The notes beneath the pieces were generated by a model. That model had not been told where the DNA came from. It made no database searches and worked only from the letters and a program-made list of their open reading frames with translations. A DNA stretch of 64,000 nt from a virus. Taxonomy: Duplodnaviria; Caudoviricetes. The stretch is from the IMG/VR virus record IMGVR_UViG_3300027759_003961, positions 19,059 to 83,058 of that record; one strand, written 5' to 3'. Positions 19,370 to 28,792 of the stretch are shown piece after piece. Made by a program: the position numbers and the translations under genes. How positions within the stretch are numbered: position 1 is the first letter of the stretch; each line of letters starts with the position of its first letter.

Positions 19370-20322
19370 TCAGATTTTATCTTTTTAGCAATTGGTTGCC
19401 ATACTTGACGTAGTCTTACCATACTGGCTCTAACACCTTCTGGTGTGTGCTCTGCTGGAGTAATAAACATCATGTTCTCTACAAATTTTTCATTGGATTC
19501 TTTGCTGTTAATAGCTGGAATAAAATTAGCACGATACCAGGCTTGTACATCTGCTGGAGTGCCCTTGGGCAGTACCATGTTCCAACAGCCGTGTATGTTA
19601 AGTCCGGGCACATAGGTCTTCATTAGTGGATACTTTTCAAGTCCTTTAATAGCAGTTTCATTGGCAATACCGATCAATTTTAATTTACCTGCCTGCACAT
19701 GAGGCCAGCCCACAGCAATAGGAGTAACAGCAAATTCAGCATGCCCACCCATGACGTCTAGCAAGGCTTGTGCTGGACCCTTATACATAGCAGTGATAAC
19801 TTCATCGTTGCCTTGAATTTTTAAACGATCTATTAAGTATTCAACTGCAAGTTTGTGCCCACCACCGCCAATAGCAAATGTGATTGGGCGTTTTTTAGCT
19901 TTGATGTCTCTGATTAACTCTTCAGGATTGTTAACTGTACTAGCGGGTTTGGCAAAAAATGCCAAGGGACTACGAGCAATGTTAGCCACTGGGTCAAATT
20001 CCATAGCATTGTATTTTACCGCATGAGGATACCATATTTCCGCTGTAACCCAGTTGCTTTGACAAGCCGGCACAGCTACAGTATATCCATCAGCAGGCAC
20101 AGTATTAAAATGGTTCATAGCTACGTTACCATCAACTCCAGGGCGGTGTTCGCTAACAAAACTGGCCCCAGTTTTCTTTTCTACCTGCGCGGCTACAATA
20201 CGAAAACTAATTTCATTACCTGCTCCAGGACCATTTGGGAAAATAACTGTAATAGGCTTAGTAGGTTGCCAAGCAAATGCCAAAAGAGGTGCCATGAGAA
20301 TGGCCAGTAATAATTTTTTCAT
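19366..20322 (-). CDS. tctC: Tripartite tricarboxylate transporter substrate-binding protein (Bug/TctC)
   Basis: Signal peptide; WQPTKPITVIFPNGPGAG, RPGVDG, PADGYT, YKGPAQALLDVMGG, PKGTP. Confidence 0.85.
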   Translation of the reverse strand: MKKLLLAILMAPLLAFAWQPTKPITVIFPNGPGAGNEISFRIVAAQVEKKTGASFVSEHRPGVDGNVAMNHFNTVPADGYTVAVPACQSNWVTAEIWYPHAVKYNAMEFDPVANIARSPLAFFAKPASTVNNPEELIRDIKAKKRPITFAIGGGGHKLAVEYLIDRLKIQGNDEVITAMYKGPAQALLDVMGGHAEFAVTPIAVGWPHVQAGKLKLIGIANETAIKGLEKYPLMKTYVPGLNIHGCWNMVLPKGTPADVQAWYRANFIPAINSKESNEKFVENMMFITPAEHTPEGVRASMVRLRQVWQPIAKKIKSE

Positions 20323-20417
20323 AAAAGTTCCTTTGTGTAAATAGTTATAGAAAATTACAGAGAGAGGTAAAATTTTTAATCCCTTTGTAAAATTATTTAC
20401 CATAATAGGAAATTTTT

Positions 20418-21341
20418 AATGAATACCAAAATTTTTAAACTAATTAGAAAAATATAATGATAATAGTATTATTTCCGTGCGGCGGATTTGGTAGTACTGT
20501 TGAATACTGTCTGAGACAGTTTAGCAATGAATTGACAAAGATATCAGCCAATGTGCTCGACAATGGCAGTATGCATTCGTATACTAAAGAGTTTCATCCT
20601 ACTACAATTAACGAATTTTTAAAACTTAAAGATTCCAAATTTGAAATTGTTACTCCTATTTACCCTGGAAAAGATTATCAATCGCCTGCAGAAACAATAA
20701 CAGAATTTAAAAAAGTTATTAATCCAACCCAAAAAGTATTGTTAATTTGTTTAACTGACATGTGCATGGCCGAAAAAAATTGTCTATTTGCTTATCATAA
20801 AGTTCCTGTATTTTTAGACCTTATTTTAAAAGACAAACAAACCGCATGGAACACAAGTTATAGTTCGTGGCATGATATGCAACTGTATGAGCAAAGAGAA
20901 GCCTTAAGTTTTTATGTAGATTCAGAAATTGAAAAATTGGAAATTGGCCAAGTCATTGATAATAACTGGCTGTGCATTACCCCAGACGATTTATTATACA
21001 ATTTTAAAAATACAATTTTAAGAATAATTGACTATTTTGGGTTGACTGTTGATTTAACCCAACACATTGAAGAATTTTACAATATTTGGTTCAATAAACA
21101 ACAATACATTATTAATGAATTTAAAAAAATTAATAGTATAATAGATAGTGTTAATTCTAATCACACAATAATGTGGGATAAATTATCAATAGTCGGAGAA
21201 GCAATTATTCAATCAAGATTAAGAAAACAAGGAATAGAACTTGCTTGCTATAATCTTAACAAATTCCCAAGCAACACAGATGATTTAAAAAGTTTTACTT
21301 ACCAACCGGAAGCCAAAAATGAATACCAAAATTTTTAAACT
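20418..21341 (+). repeat. 24 bp direct repeat (20418-20441 and 21318-21341) flanking one gene
   Basis: AATGAATACCAAAATTTTTAAACT occurs twice, 900 bp apart. Confidence 0.9.
20457..21338 (+). CDS. Sulfotransferase-like hypothetical protein (AT-rich)
   Basis: N-terminal FPCGGFGST loop; 293 aa. Confidence 0.55.
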   Translation: MIIVLFPCGGFGSTVEYCLRQFSNELTKISANVLDNGSMHSYTKEFHPTTINEFLKLKDSKFEIVTPIYPGKDYQSPAETITEFKKVINPTQKVLLICLTDMCMAEKNCLFAYHKVPVFLDLILKDKQTAWNTSYSSWHDMQLYEQREALSFYVDSEIEKLEIGQVIDNNWLCITPDDLLYNFKNTILRIIDYFGLTVDLTQHIEEFYNIWFNKQQYIINEFKKINSIIDSVNSNHTIMWDKLSIVGEAIIQSRLRKQGIELACYNLNKFPSNTDDLKSFTYQPEAKNEYQNF

Positions 21342-22053
21342 GATTACAGAAAATTTAACAGAAGCTTTTGATTTGCCCAAATATCAAGACATTGTTATTG
21401 ATCAAAGCACTCAAGTGGATCTATTGCCATGGACCCCGGCTCGTTACAAGAAGTTTAAGGATGCGGTATGGGACGAACTGCAATTAACGTCTGACTATGT
21501 TGGCACAGTTAAAACTATTGTGGCTGAACTAAGTGAAACCTACACACATAGATTTTTTGCGGAAATTTGGAAACCCAGAACAGGCGAGTATGATCATTCT
21601 GGTTGGGCATTGGCCGAAGAAATTGCCAAACAAAATCCTAAGAATGTTTTAGATGTAGGTTGCGGATACCATCCTTTTAAAGGGCGTATTCCTAACTTGG
21701 TTGGTATTGATCCTTACAACAATTGTGCTGACTACGAAGTTGACATTTTAGAATATCAAGTTAAACCAGAAAGCCATGACCATATTATTGCTCTAGGATC
21801 AATTAACTTTAACAGTCGAGACGAAATTGAACAACGGTTTGCTCATTGTGTTAGTTTACTTGAAAAAGGTGGTAAATTTTATCTGCGAGCCAACCCAGGA
21901 CTGTCACATAAAACTGGACCATATGTGGATATCTTTCCGTGGACTTTTAAAGTTGTAAATGAATTTGCCGAAACATACAACCTTAAATTATTAGAATTTA
22001 AGAAAGAGCCCACTGAGCTCGGTCGTTTGTACTTTGTTTATATTAAATTATAA
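21319..22053 (+). CDS. Class I SAM-dependent methyltransferase
   Basis: VLDVGCG, GIDP, LEKGG. Confidence 0.85.
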   Translation: MNTKIFKLITENLTEAFDLPKYQDIVIDQSTQVDLLPWTPARYKKFKDAVWDELQLTSDYVGTVKTIVAELSETYTHRFFAEIWKPRTGEYDHSGWALAEEIAKQNPKNVLDVGCGYHPFKGRIPNLVGIDPYNNCADYEVDILEYQVKPESHDHIIALGSINFNSRDEIEQRFAHCVSLLEKGGKFYLRANPGLSHKTGPYVDIFPWTFKVVNEFAETYNLKLLEFKKEPTELGRLYFVYIKL

Positions 22054-22718
22054 GATTTAATTAATTCAAAAGCTGCTTGATGGGCAGGTTCTAAAGGATG
22101 CAGGGTTTCTGAAATTGGAAACCCTTTTTCTTTGCTATATTCTAAAAACGTTTTTCCATCGAATGTAGTTATGTAAGGAAAAATACCCTCTTGTAAATGT
22201 TTTACTGCATCTGTACATTGCCATTGTGTTTCAAAAAGAATATTATCTATACAAGTCATAATAAATGAAATATTTTTTTGTTTTAAGGCATCAACGGCGG
22301 TTTTAATATAAATTAAATTAGTGAGTTTGTCGCGGTATTGACTGTGTAAATCATGATAGTAATTACGTGCTCTTGAATCAGTATCAATGGGCATGACTGT
22401 TTTCCATATTTCATTTTCTATGTATTCGCAAGGAACAGTGTGTTTAGTGGGTACTGTAGTATAGTCAAAACGGTCCAACCATGTCCACCCAATGACAAAA
22501 ATAGCAGGATCTTCTACTGCGGTTTGTGTTAATATTTTTTCAAGTATGCGTAAATTACCGGCACCGGCACCGGCATAGCATTCATAATCGTAACTTTTAC
22601 CTTTTGCCAACAATGCCGGCCAGGTCAGTTGACTTGGCTTTGCACTTAAAAAACCTCGGCCATCATCGGCCAAGTCGCTTCCGTAGATAAAACTACAACC
22701 AAAACTTTTTATTTTCAT
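22038..22718 (-). CDS. SGNH-like hypothetical protein
   Basis: FGCSFIYG, GAGN, LHPLEPAH. Confidence 0.6.
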   Translation of the reverse strand: MKIKSFGCSFIYGSDLADDGRGFLSAKPSQLTWPALLAKGKSYDYECYAGAGAGNLRILEKILTQTAVEDPAIFVIGWTWLDRFDYTTVPTKHTVPCEYIENEIWKTVMPIDTDSRARNYYHDLHSQYRDKLTNLIYIKTAVDALKQKNISFIMTCIDNILFETQWQCTDAVKHLQEGIFPYITTFDGKTFLEYSKEKGFPISETLHPLEPAHQAAFELIKSYNLI

Positions 22719-22749
22719 AGGTAATTATATACCTACTGTTAGAATACGA

Positions 22750-23310
22750 TTAAATTAATCCGGCTGCGGATTGAATTGCTTGTAGTGCTGGATCTTTTCG
22801 ATCATATGTAGTGACCACTGGCATGCCTGCGGCTGTGCGCATTTCGTTTAGATCTTTTTCGTAACGCTCACGATACGCTCTAGGAGTAAGTGGAACAGTA
22901 CTGTCAAATGCATCACGGCTAAATGGAATTTCTTTGCCGCGATAATGCATGGTCCAATCCGAGCTGTCTTCAAATTCGGTCAGGGTATTTAGGTCGTTTA
23001 ATAAAGTTTCTACATGCCCGCCGGCTGTGCTACGACGACGTATTTCCACATATACCAAATAACGACTGGGCTTGATTTCGCCTGGACTACGATCAGCATC
23101 TAGAACAAAGTCATAGCCTTTTTCAAACCACATCATGAGATCCTTGGCTGCTTGAGCATCACGCACAAAGAAACTCACAACAATAACGTCATCGTCGTCG
23201 CCCATTTTACTAGAGAATTCGTCCACGTGAACAGTGGGCTTTAACAAGCCTTCCATGTCCTTAAAACTTAGGCTTTCAAATAGTGGGCTGTTGGAGTTGT
23301 TGTTGTGCAT
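22750..23310 (-). CDS. Hypothetical phage protein (start uncertain)
   Basis: About 186 aa acidic ORF. Confidence 0.65.
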   Translation of the reverse strand: MHNNNSNSPLFESLSFKDMEGLLKPTVHVDEFSSKMGDDDDVIVVSFFVRDAQAAKDLMMWFEKGYDFVLDADRSPGEIKPSRYLVYVEIRRRSTAGGHVETLLNDLNTLTEFEDSSDWTMHYRGKEIPFSRDAFDSTVPLTPRAYRERYEKDLNEMRTAAGMPVVTTYDRKDPALQAIQSAAGLI

Positions 23311-23860
23311 TTTGTGCCTGTTCATCATTTTGGTAACTTTCTTGATCTAACCCTTGTTCGTAAGCATCATCTAGGTCTGCTAGATCGATATCCTGATCTT
23401 CTAATTCTACTGAGCCTGTGCGTATGTCGCTCATCAAGCTCTTGGGCATGGTTATTTCTACCAACCATACTTTCTTTTCTATCAACCGAGCTTTTTTTGT
23501 GCCAGGACGATAATCACTAGGATCTTCAATCTTCATTGGCACTTTCATGTTGGTCTTTTTGTATTTTACATCGCAATCAAATGGCAATAATCTACGGCCG
23601 CCTCTTGGGTCTGGCATGAGCTTTTCGGGCCACATAAAAATACAGCTCACACGGTATTTGCCAATGGTTGGTCCTTGTACTAGTTCACCAATTTGCCAGT
23701 TTTTAAACGCATACAGATCTAGTTCATCCAACACTCTTTCAAAATCCAACAGGGTCAACAAGCTACCTTCGCTGAGATAGATATCCTGGATGTTCTGGGC
23801 CACTTGCCAGTAGTCTTCCCCATTCTTGAATATAGCTTGATCTATAGTTTTATGTGTCAT
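23276..23860 (-). CDS. Hypothetical phage protein
   Basis: 194 aa ORF, TAAATA immediately upstream. Confidence 0.7.
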   Translation of the reverse strand: MTHKTIDQAIFKNGEDYWQVAQNIQDIYLSEGSLLTLLDFERVLDELDLYAFKNWQIGELVQGPTIGKYRVSCIFMWPEKLMPDPRGGRRLLPFDCDVKYKKTNMKVPMKIEDPSDYRPGTKKARLIEKKVWLVEITMPKSLMSDIRTGSVELEDQDIDLADLDDAYEQGLDQESYQNDEQAQNAQQQLQQPTI

Positions 23861-24038
23861 ACGATTATTTATGGTGATTTGATAAGTGCTAGTAGTTTGA
23901 AGATTTTGTGAACAGTATAATACTTAGCAAGTTTTTATCTAAATTAGTACCCACATTAAATGATTTTGCATTGTTCTGTAAATATTTCTAACAGCATGTC
24001 GCTGTTAGAAGTAACCTAACCCACTACACGGAGTATTA

Positions 24039-24779
24039 ATGAGTAGACAAAAAGCAGTTAGTAAATCACAAAAGCGTCAACAAATGACACAACAAGAAAA
24101 CACCATAAGATTTGATCAGGTAAAACCAGTAAAGCAACGGCCTATTGATATCGTGCCTCGTTCACGCAATCAAGAACGCTTGGTTTTGGCTTTACAAAGT
24201 GCAGATCAACATATTGTGGTCACAGCAGGGCCAGCAGGAACAGGAAAAACTTATCTCTGTATGTTGGCCGCTGTTAAAGCACTAAGAAACGGAGATTGTA
24301 AAAAAATAGTACTGACTAGACCAGCAGTTGAGGTAGAAGAAGAAAAACACGGATTCCTGCCCGGCGATTTAAATCAAAAAATGATGCCTTGGTGTATTCC
24401 TTTGTTAGATGTATTAAAAGAGTATTATCGAGAGCAAGATGTTGTTGCCATGATTGATGATGGTACTATTGAAATTGCTCCGTTGGCATTTATGCGTGGA
24501 AGGACGCTGAAAGATGCTTGGATCATAGCTGACGAATCTCAAAATATGACTCCAAAACAAATGGTAATGTTGTTGACTCGCATTGGCGAAAACAGCAAAA
24601 TCACTGTGACCGGTGATGTGGAACAAACTGACCGTATTAAAGGCAACAATGGCCTCGTAGACTTATGCGAAAGATTGAAGAAAGGGGGTGTAAAAGGAAT
24701 TGCTGTGTGTCATTTGGATAACAAAGACATTCAGCGGCATACTATCATTGATAGTGTGCTTCGACTTTACGCTGACTGA
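24039..24779 (+). CDS. phoH: PhoH-family ATPase
   Basis: GPAGTGKT, LTRPAV, GFLPGD, AFMRGRT, DESQN, TGDVEQ. Confidence 0.95.
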   Translation: MSRQKAVSKSQKRQQMTQQENTIRFDQVKPVKQRPIDIVPRSRNQERLVLALQSADQHIVVTAGPAGTGKTYLCMLAAVKALRNGDCKKIVLTRPAVEVEEEKHGFLPGDLNQKMMPWCIPLLDVLKEYYREQDVVAMIDDGTIEIAPLAFMRGRTLKDAWIIADESQNMTPKQMVMLLTRIGENSKITVTGDVEQTDRIKGNNGLVDLCERLKKGGVKGIAVCHLDNKDIQRHTIIDSVLRLYAD

Positions 24780-25375
24780 CCGGTTATCACCTCGTAAATG
24801 TGCTTCCAATTTTTTACGATGGTGATGCCTTCATGATAATAGTGCATGTTGTGGCCGTGCTCTACGAGCAAACATTTTAGTCCTGCTCTATAGCCGGCCT
24901 CGGCATTCTCGGGCTTGTCCTCAATCCAATAGAGTCCAGTGCCTTCGTATTCTTCTAAGGCTTCGTCTTTGTGAGCACCAGTATCCAAGCATACAATTCT
25001 TTCAAACGCCGTTTCGCCAAACAATTTATGAATGTTCATTTCACGTAGTTTGATTGCATTAGGGTCTAAGCTCACACTAGTGATTGCATGAAACCAATAA
25101 CCATGTTCTTCGTGCAAGCGTTTGATATAATACATGGCATCACGTTGTGCCGGAAGGAATCCAATTGCGGCACTTTCATTGAACACCTTGATCAATTTGA
25201 CCACTTGTTCTCTGCTGATACCATATCGTAGGCCCATATCGTAGCTGAGTTTGCTACCGGGCACTTCTTCAAAACCGTGCTCTTGCATCCAAACGTTAAA
25301 GGCCCACTCCCAGTCAAGGCATACACCATCGCAGTCAGTTAGGATGATTTTTTTGTTCTTAAATTTTGATTTCAT
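24767..25375 (-). CDS. HAD-family 5'-nucleotidase-like phosphatase
   Basis: LTDCDGV, WIEDKPEN. Confidence 0.8.
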   Translation of the reverse strand: MKSKFKNKKIILTDCDGVCLDWEWAFNVWMQEHGFEEVPGSKLSYDMGLRYGISREQVVKLIKVFNESAAIGFLPAQRDAMYYIKRLHEEHGYWFHAITSVSLDPNAIKLREMNIHKLFGETAFERIVCLDTGAHKDEALEEYEGTGLYWIEDKPENAEAGYRAGLKCLLVEHGHNMHYYHEGITIVKNWKHIYEVITGQSA

Positions 25376-25381
25376 AGTACC

Positions 25382-25412
25382 ATTATACTATGAAATGACT
25401 TTTTGGTCAACC
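25382..25412 (-). promoter_or_regulatory. Early sigma70-type promoter
   Basis: GGTTGACC-N17-TATAAT. Confidence 0.7.
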
Positions 25413-25691
25413 GGCTGGAATTTCGGCTTTTATATCAACAGGGTGCCCGTTTTCTTTAAATAGGCGTTCCATGATAGCAGGATAAAATGGGTAGTAATAT
25501 CCAACAATCCGATCCCAGTCTTTAGGAATGGTTGTATCACGCAAAGCGGCTTTGATAACTTTGAGTTCTTTGAAGTCCAGAATTACGCTGGCAGTTTGCG
25601 AATCTTTGGTTCTAACTCGAGTGGTCACAGTCATACCTTCATCAATTTTACCATTGGCTTGGTAGTAGTAGGTTAGTATTAAATATCTCAT
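25407..25691 (-). CDS. Hypothetical protein
   Basis: ATGA-coupled to the clamp loader gene. Confidence 0.6.
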   Translation of the reverse strand: MRYLILTYYYQANGKIDEGMTVTTRVRTKDSQTASVILDFKELKVIKAALRDTTIPKDWDRIVGYYYPFYPAIMERLFKENGHPVDIKAEIPAG

Positions 25692-26611
25692 AGTTGACAT
25701 AATTCCGTAATTGTTGCTGATAAATTTATCTCTTGATCGGCTACTAATGGCACGTTGACTAAGCCATTGCGAATAATAACAATTGCTTGATCTTGTTTGT
25801 GCGGATCAGTTGACCACAAATCTAAGTTGTCGTACATCCAACGAAATATTTCATCAGCTTCTTCTGGAGTACTTTGCTGACACATTAAAGTACGAGCTTC
25901 ACGAATCTTGCCATCTTTAAATAACTGTACACAATCTAACTTCCAATCACCAACGCTTCGATCTGTGCTATTTGGCGCACTTAATTGACCATTCTGACTG
26001 TTTTGTTGTACAAGATTTAAACATTTACGCAGGTCTGGATAGGTGGCACGAACATAACTGTCCAAGGTATCAATGTCAAAATCAATTTCTTCTGTGACTA
26101 GGACTGTGGCCACCCGAGCTGTGAATTCTGTGTGATCTGTTTTAAGGATATGCAACTGTTGTAGTCTGCTATGTATCGGTGGAATAATCTTGTTAGGGTA
26201 GTTACAGGTCAGAATAAATCTCACACTGTGACTGTAGTCTTCCATTAAGTTACGCATAGCTGGCTGTACACTCTGCGGATTCATGTAATCCGCTTCGTCA
26301 ATTAGGACTACTTTGAATTTGCCAAATGGCATAGTTTGACAAAATGTAATTAGTTTATCAACCCATTCGATTTTTCTAGCTTCTTTACTTCCATTAGCAA
26401 ACATCACATCATATTCATCTACTCCTAGTTCATTGATCAACAACTTGGCCAACGTAGTTTTGCCTGTGCCCGGACTACCGCTGAATAACAAGTGCGGAAT
26501 AGTTCCGTCCCGAATCCACGATTCGACTTGTTGACGTTGGCTGTCATCTACAAACACATAACCATCCACTGTGTTTGGCCTATATTTTTCTACCCATAAT
26601 TCTTTCATCAA
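25688..26611 (-). CDS. Sliding-clamp loader AAA+ subunit (RFC/gp44-like)
   Basis: LWVEKYRP, GSPGTGKTT, IDEAD, FILTCN, HSR, PDLR. Confidence 0.9.
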   Translation of the reverse strand: MMKELWVEKYRPNTVDGYVFVDDSQRQQVESWIRDGTIPHLLFSGSPGTGKTTLAKLLINELGVDEYDVMFANGSKEARKIEWVDKLITFCQTMPFGKFKVVLIDEADYMNPQSVQPAMRNLMEDYSHSVRFILTCNYPNKIIPPIHSRLQQLHILKTDHTEFTARVATVLVTEEIDFDIDTLDSYVRATYPDLRKCLNLVQQNSQNGQLSAPNSTDRSVGDWKLDCVQLFKDGKIREARTLMCQQSTPEEADEIFRWMYDNLDLWSTDPHKQDQAIVIIRNGLVNVPLVADQEINLSATITELCQL

Positions 26612-26964
26612 TTGCCCTTTGCTTTACAGTTTGGATCTTGAGGACGTTCACGGCACCAACGAGCTCGGCCGTTGTCATCCCATATTTGTTGGCGTAATTC
26701 TTGTTTTTTATTTGTAAACCATGTGCGTTGTTCTTGTTCCTTAAGATCCATATATTCATTATATGTTATAGTTCGTTCAGGATCAGTACCGCAATGATCA
26801 CAGTTGAGAATAATTATTCGTTGTCTAGGACGTTCGCTGGGCACATGTGTAATCCACATGCCCATGGCCGTTATAACGACCACAACGCCAATTATAACCA
26901 ACACTTGTTGTATGCGATTTAATCCGCGATACCACGGGGTCAGTCGACATACCAAGTAATACAT
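26608..26964 (-). CDS. Hypothetical membrane protein
   Basis: One TM segment, CxxC. Confidence 0.55.
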   Translation of the reverse strand: MYYLVCRLTPWYRGLNRIQQVLVIIGVVVVITAMGMWITHVPSERPRQRIIILNCDHCGTDPERTITYNEYMDLKEQEQRTWFTNKKQELRQQIWDDNGRARWCRERPQDPNCKAKGN

Positions 26965-27167
26965 TACACTATTTCTTCTATGATGCCAAATACTTCAGCA
27001 ACCACAATTAGGAGGCCACTGTACATAAGGTATGGATTTCTTTCAAGCCATCCACCCCCAGCTAGGCCTAGGCCTGCGGCAATTCTAACAGCACTTTTTG
27101 CAAAGCTGATATACTTGTGCTTGCGTGGATCTGGAAGTTGTGATTTGGTTGGTCTAGTTAATGCCAT
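26964..27167 (-). CDS. Small membrane protein
   Basis: Hydrophobic, ends AEVFGIIEEIV. Confidence 0.6.
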   Translation of the reverse strand: MALTRPTKSQLPDPRKHKYISFAKSAVRIAAGLGLAGGGWLERNPYLMYSGLLIVVAEVFGIIEEIV

Positions 27168-27168
27168 T

Positions 27169-27324
27169 TTATTTTCCTTTAAAAAAATTAATCAAGTTTG
27201 TAAATCTTGTTTTAAATTGCAAGCTATCCATCCAAGCCGTATGATGCGGACAACGACCTTGCATGTAGTCGCACATGGGCGAATACTCTCGACCGCAAGT
27301 TTTACAAATTATTTGTTTCATCAT
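27169..27324 (-). CDS. Small Cys-rich protein (51 aa, not in ORF track)
   Basis: MMKQIICKTCGREYSPMCDYMQGRCPHH... Confidence 0.5.
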   Translation of the reverse strand: MMKQIICKTCGREYSPMCDYMQGRCPHHTAWMDSLQFKTRFTNLINFFKGK

Positions 27325-27369
27325 AATAGTATAAACGATTTTACTAAATTTAGCAATAACGTTTGGAAG

Positions 27370-27768
27370 TTATTGAGTTTGTTTTGGTATATGTACTGCG
27401 TCGCTCATGGTATCGTCTTGTGGGCGATCTGCACTGTCAGAAATCAACAGGATATCTTTAGGATCAATTTTACGAATAGTTCTTTTATGTGCAGTTTGAC
27501 CATCTTCAATATCAATACCACGTGTCCAACGTCCATGGGCTACACAGATCCACTGCCCTACTTGAACATCCTTTTGATCTTTGCCTATAGCATACACACG
27601 ACCCCACCGTGGACGAATACCTAGGCTAGTACCGTTGTCGTTGGGCAGAATTAATCCTGATTGTGTGATGCGAGTATCAAATTCCATATCTGCTACCAAC
27701 ACGTTATCGTGTAGAGCTTTGATCTGTTCTTGAGTAATTTGGTGTGGTGCAAATGCTGCTTTGGTCAT
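27370..27768 (-). CDS. groES: GroES-like co-chaperonin
   Basis: ALHDNVLV, TQSGLILP, GRVYAIG, VQVGQ, KDIL. Confidence 0.8.
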   Translation of the reverse strand: MTKAAFAPHQITQEQIKALHDNVLVADMEFDTRITQSGLILPNDNGTSLGIRPRWGRVYAIGKDQKDVQVGQWICVAHGRWTRGIDIEDGQTAHKRTIRKIDPKDILLISDSADRPQDDTMSDAVHIPKQTQ

Positions 27769-27776
27769 AGTTCCTC

Positions 27777-28244
27777 TTAAATTTTTCTTAGGCCTTGGCC
27801 TTGTTGTTGTTGACGACGTGTTTTTTCTAATTCTTGCTTGACTTCTCGCTGACGTGCAATCGCTGCTGCTAGTCCGCCTTCGGGAATTTTACCAGGAGTG
27901 GCAATATTTTGTACTGGTGGTGAGACTACAGCCACCGGGGTTTGTTCCTCCACCGGGACTTGTTCCTCTACTACTGGAGTTTGTACTTCAGCATGTGCTC
28001 TTCTGGCTTTTTTGGATTTGGTAGCACTGGTCTGTACCGGTTCGGCCGACACATTGGTAATACGGGCATTCTGACGTTGGATCTGTCGTGGTTTAGTTTC
28101 AATCACACGATTGTTTTGATCTAACTTGTCACCGCGAGCATTTACATTCATATTGCCAACAGCACGAACATGTTCGTTTTGCAACATAATTGTTCCTAGA
28201 TCAACGGCCTTGCCTTGTGCAGTTCTATAAACTTTACTGGTCAT
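27777..28244 (-). CDS. Hypothetical protein
   Basis: AVGNMNVNARGD motif; TAAATA upstream. Confidence 0.65.
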   Translation of the reverse strand: MTSKVYRTAQGKAVDLGTIMLQNEHVRAVGNMNVNARGDKLDQNNRVIETKPRQIQRQNARITNVSAEPVQTSATKSKKARRAHAEVQTPVVEEQVPVEEQTPVAVVSPPVQNIATPGKIPEGGLAAAIARQREVKQELEKTRRQQQQGQGLRKI

Positions 28245-28270
28245 GATTATTCCTTTGGATTATAGTCTAT

Positions 28271-28792
28271 TTAACGTAAAAACTCATGTACGTCTAAATT
28301 ATAGAAAATGCTATCTATACGGTGTACACCTAATTTATACAGCACATAACTGGCCACACTACTTCCTCGTCCTACTCCCCAAATTATTTTGTTTTCGGTC
28401 ATAATATCTACCAGATACTTTAGATATTTTAGCAAGTTAAACAGGGCACGTTCTTGATACAACAGTAATTCTTCGCCACACCGTTGTAATTCAGCTTCGG
28501 ATTCACATAAACCTAATACATGTGCCGCTATGTCCAACTGCTTGTATTCCTTGGGCATGTGCCAATTCATCTGTTGCGTTAAATGAAACTCTGGCACCAA
28601 TGTGCCTTGGTGGTAAGGAAATGCCCAAGTTAGTAATGAGTCTGGTCGTTCAATGTACATAACCAGTTCTTCAAGATTTACAGTTTGATCAACAACAACA
28701 TGTTTCAATGAGTCAATGTTGTGCCCTTGCATGAGCAAATCGCACATGTCGTTTTCTGAAAAAACTAGTTCACCAAAGTTATTTTGCTTCAT
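28271..28792 (-). CDS. Stand-alone fragment of DNA polymerase III alpha (DnaE-like)
   Basis: RCGEELLL...YLVD...WGVGRGSSVASYVLYKLGVHRID; no PDID catalytic motif. Confidence 0.8.
   Translation of the reverse strand: MKQNNFGELVFSENDMCDLLMQGHNIDSLKHVVVDQTVNLEELVMYIERPDSLLTWAFPYHQGTLVPEFHLTQQMNWHMPKEYKQLDIAAHVLGLCESEAELQRCGEELLLYQERALFNLLKYLKYLVDIMTENKIIWGVGRGSSVASYVLYKLGVHRIDSIFYNLDVHEFLR

Noticed and set aside
26980-27624. 214 aa plus-strand ORF and the many other antisense ORFs in the track (e.g. 1866-2423, 62950-63345)
   Set aside because: They are shadows of well-supported genes on the opposite strand.
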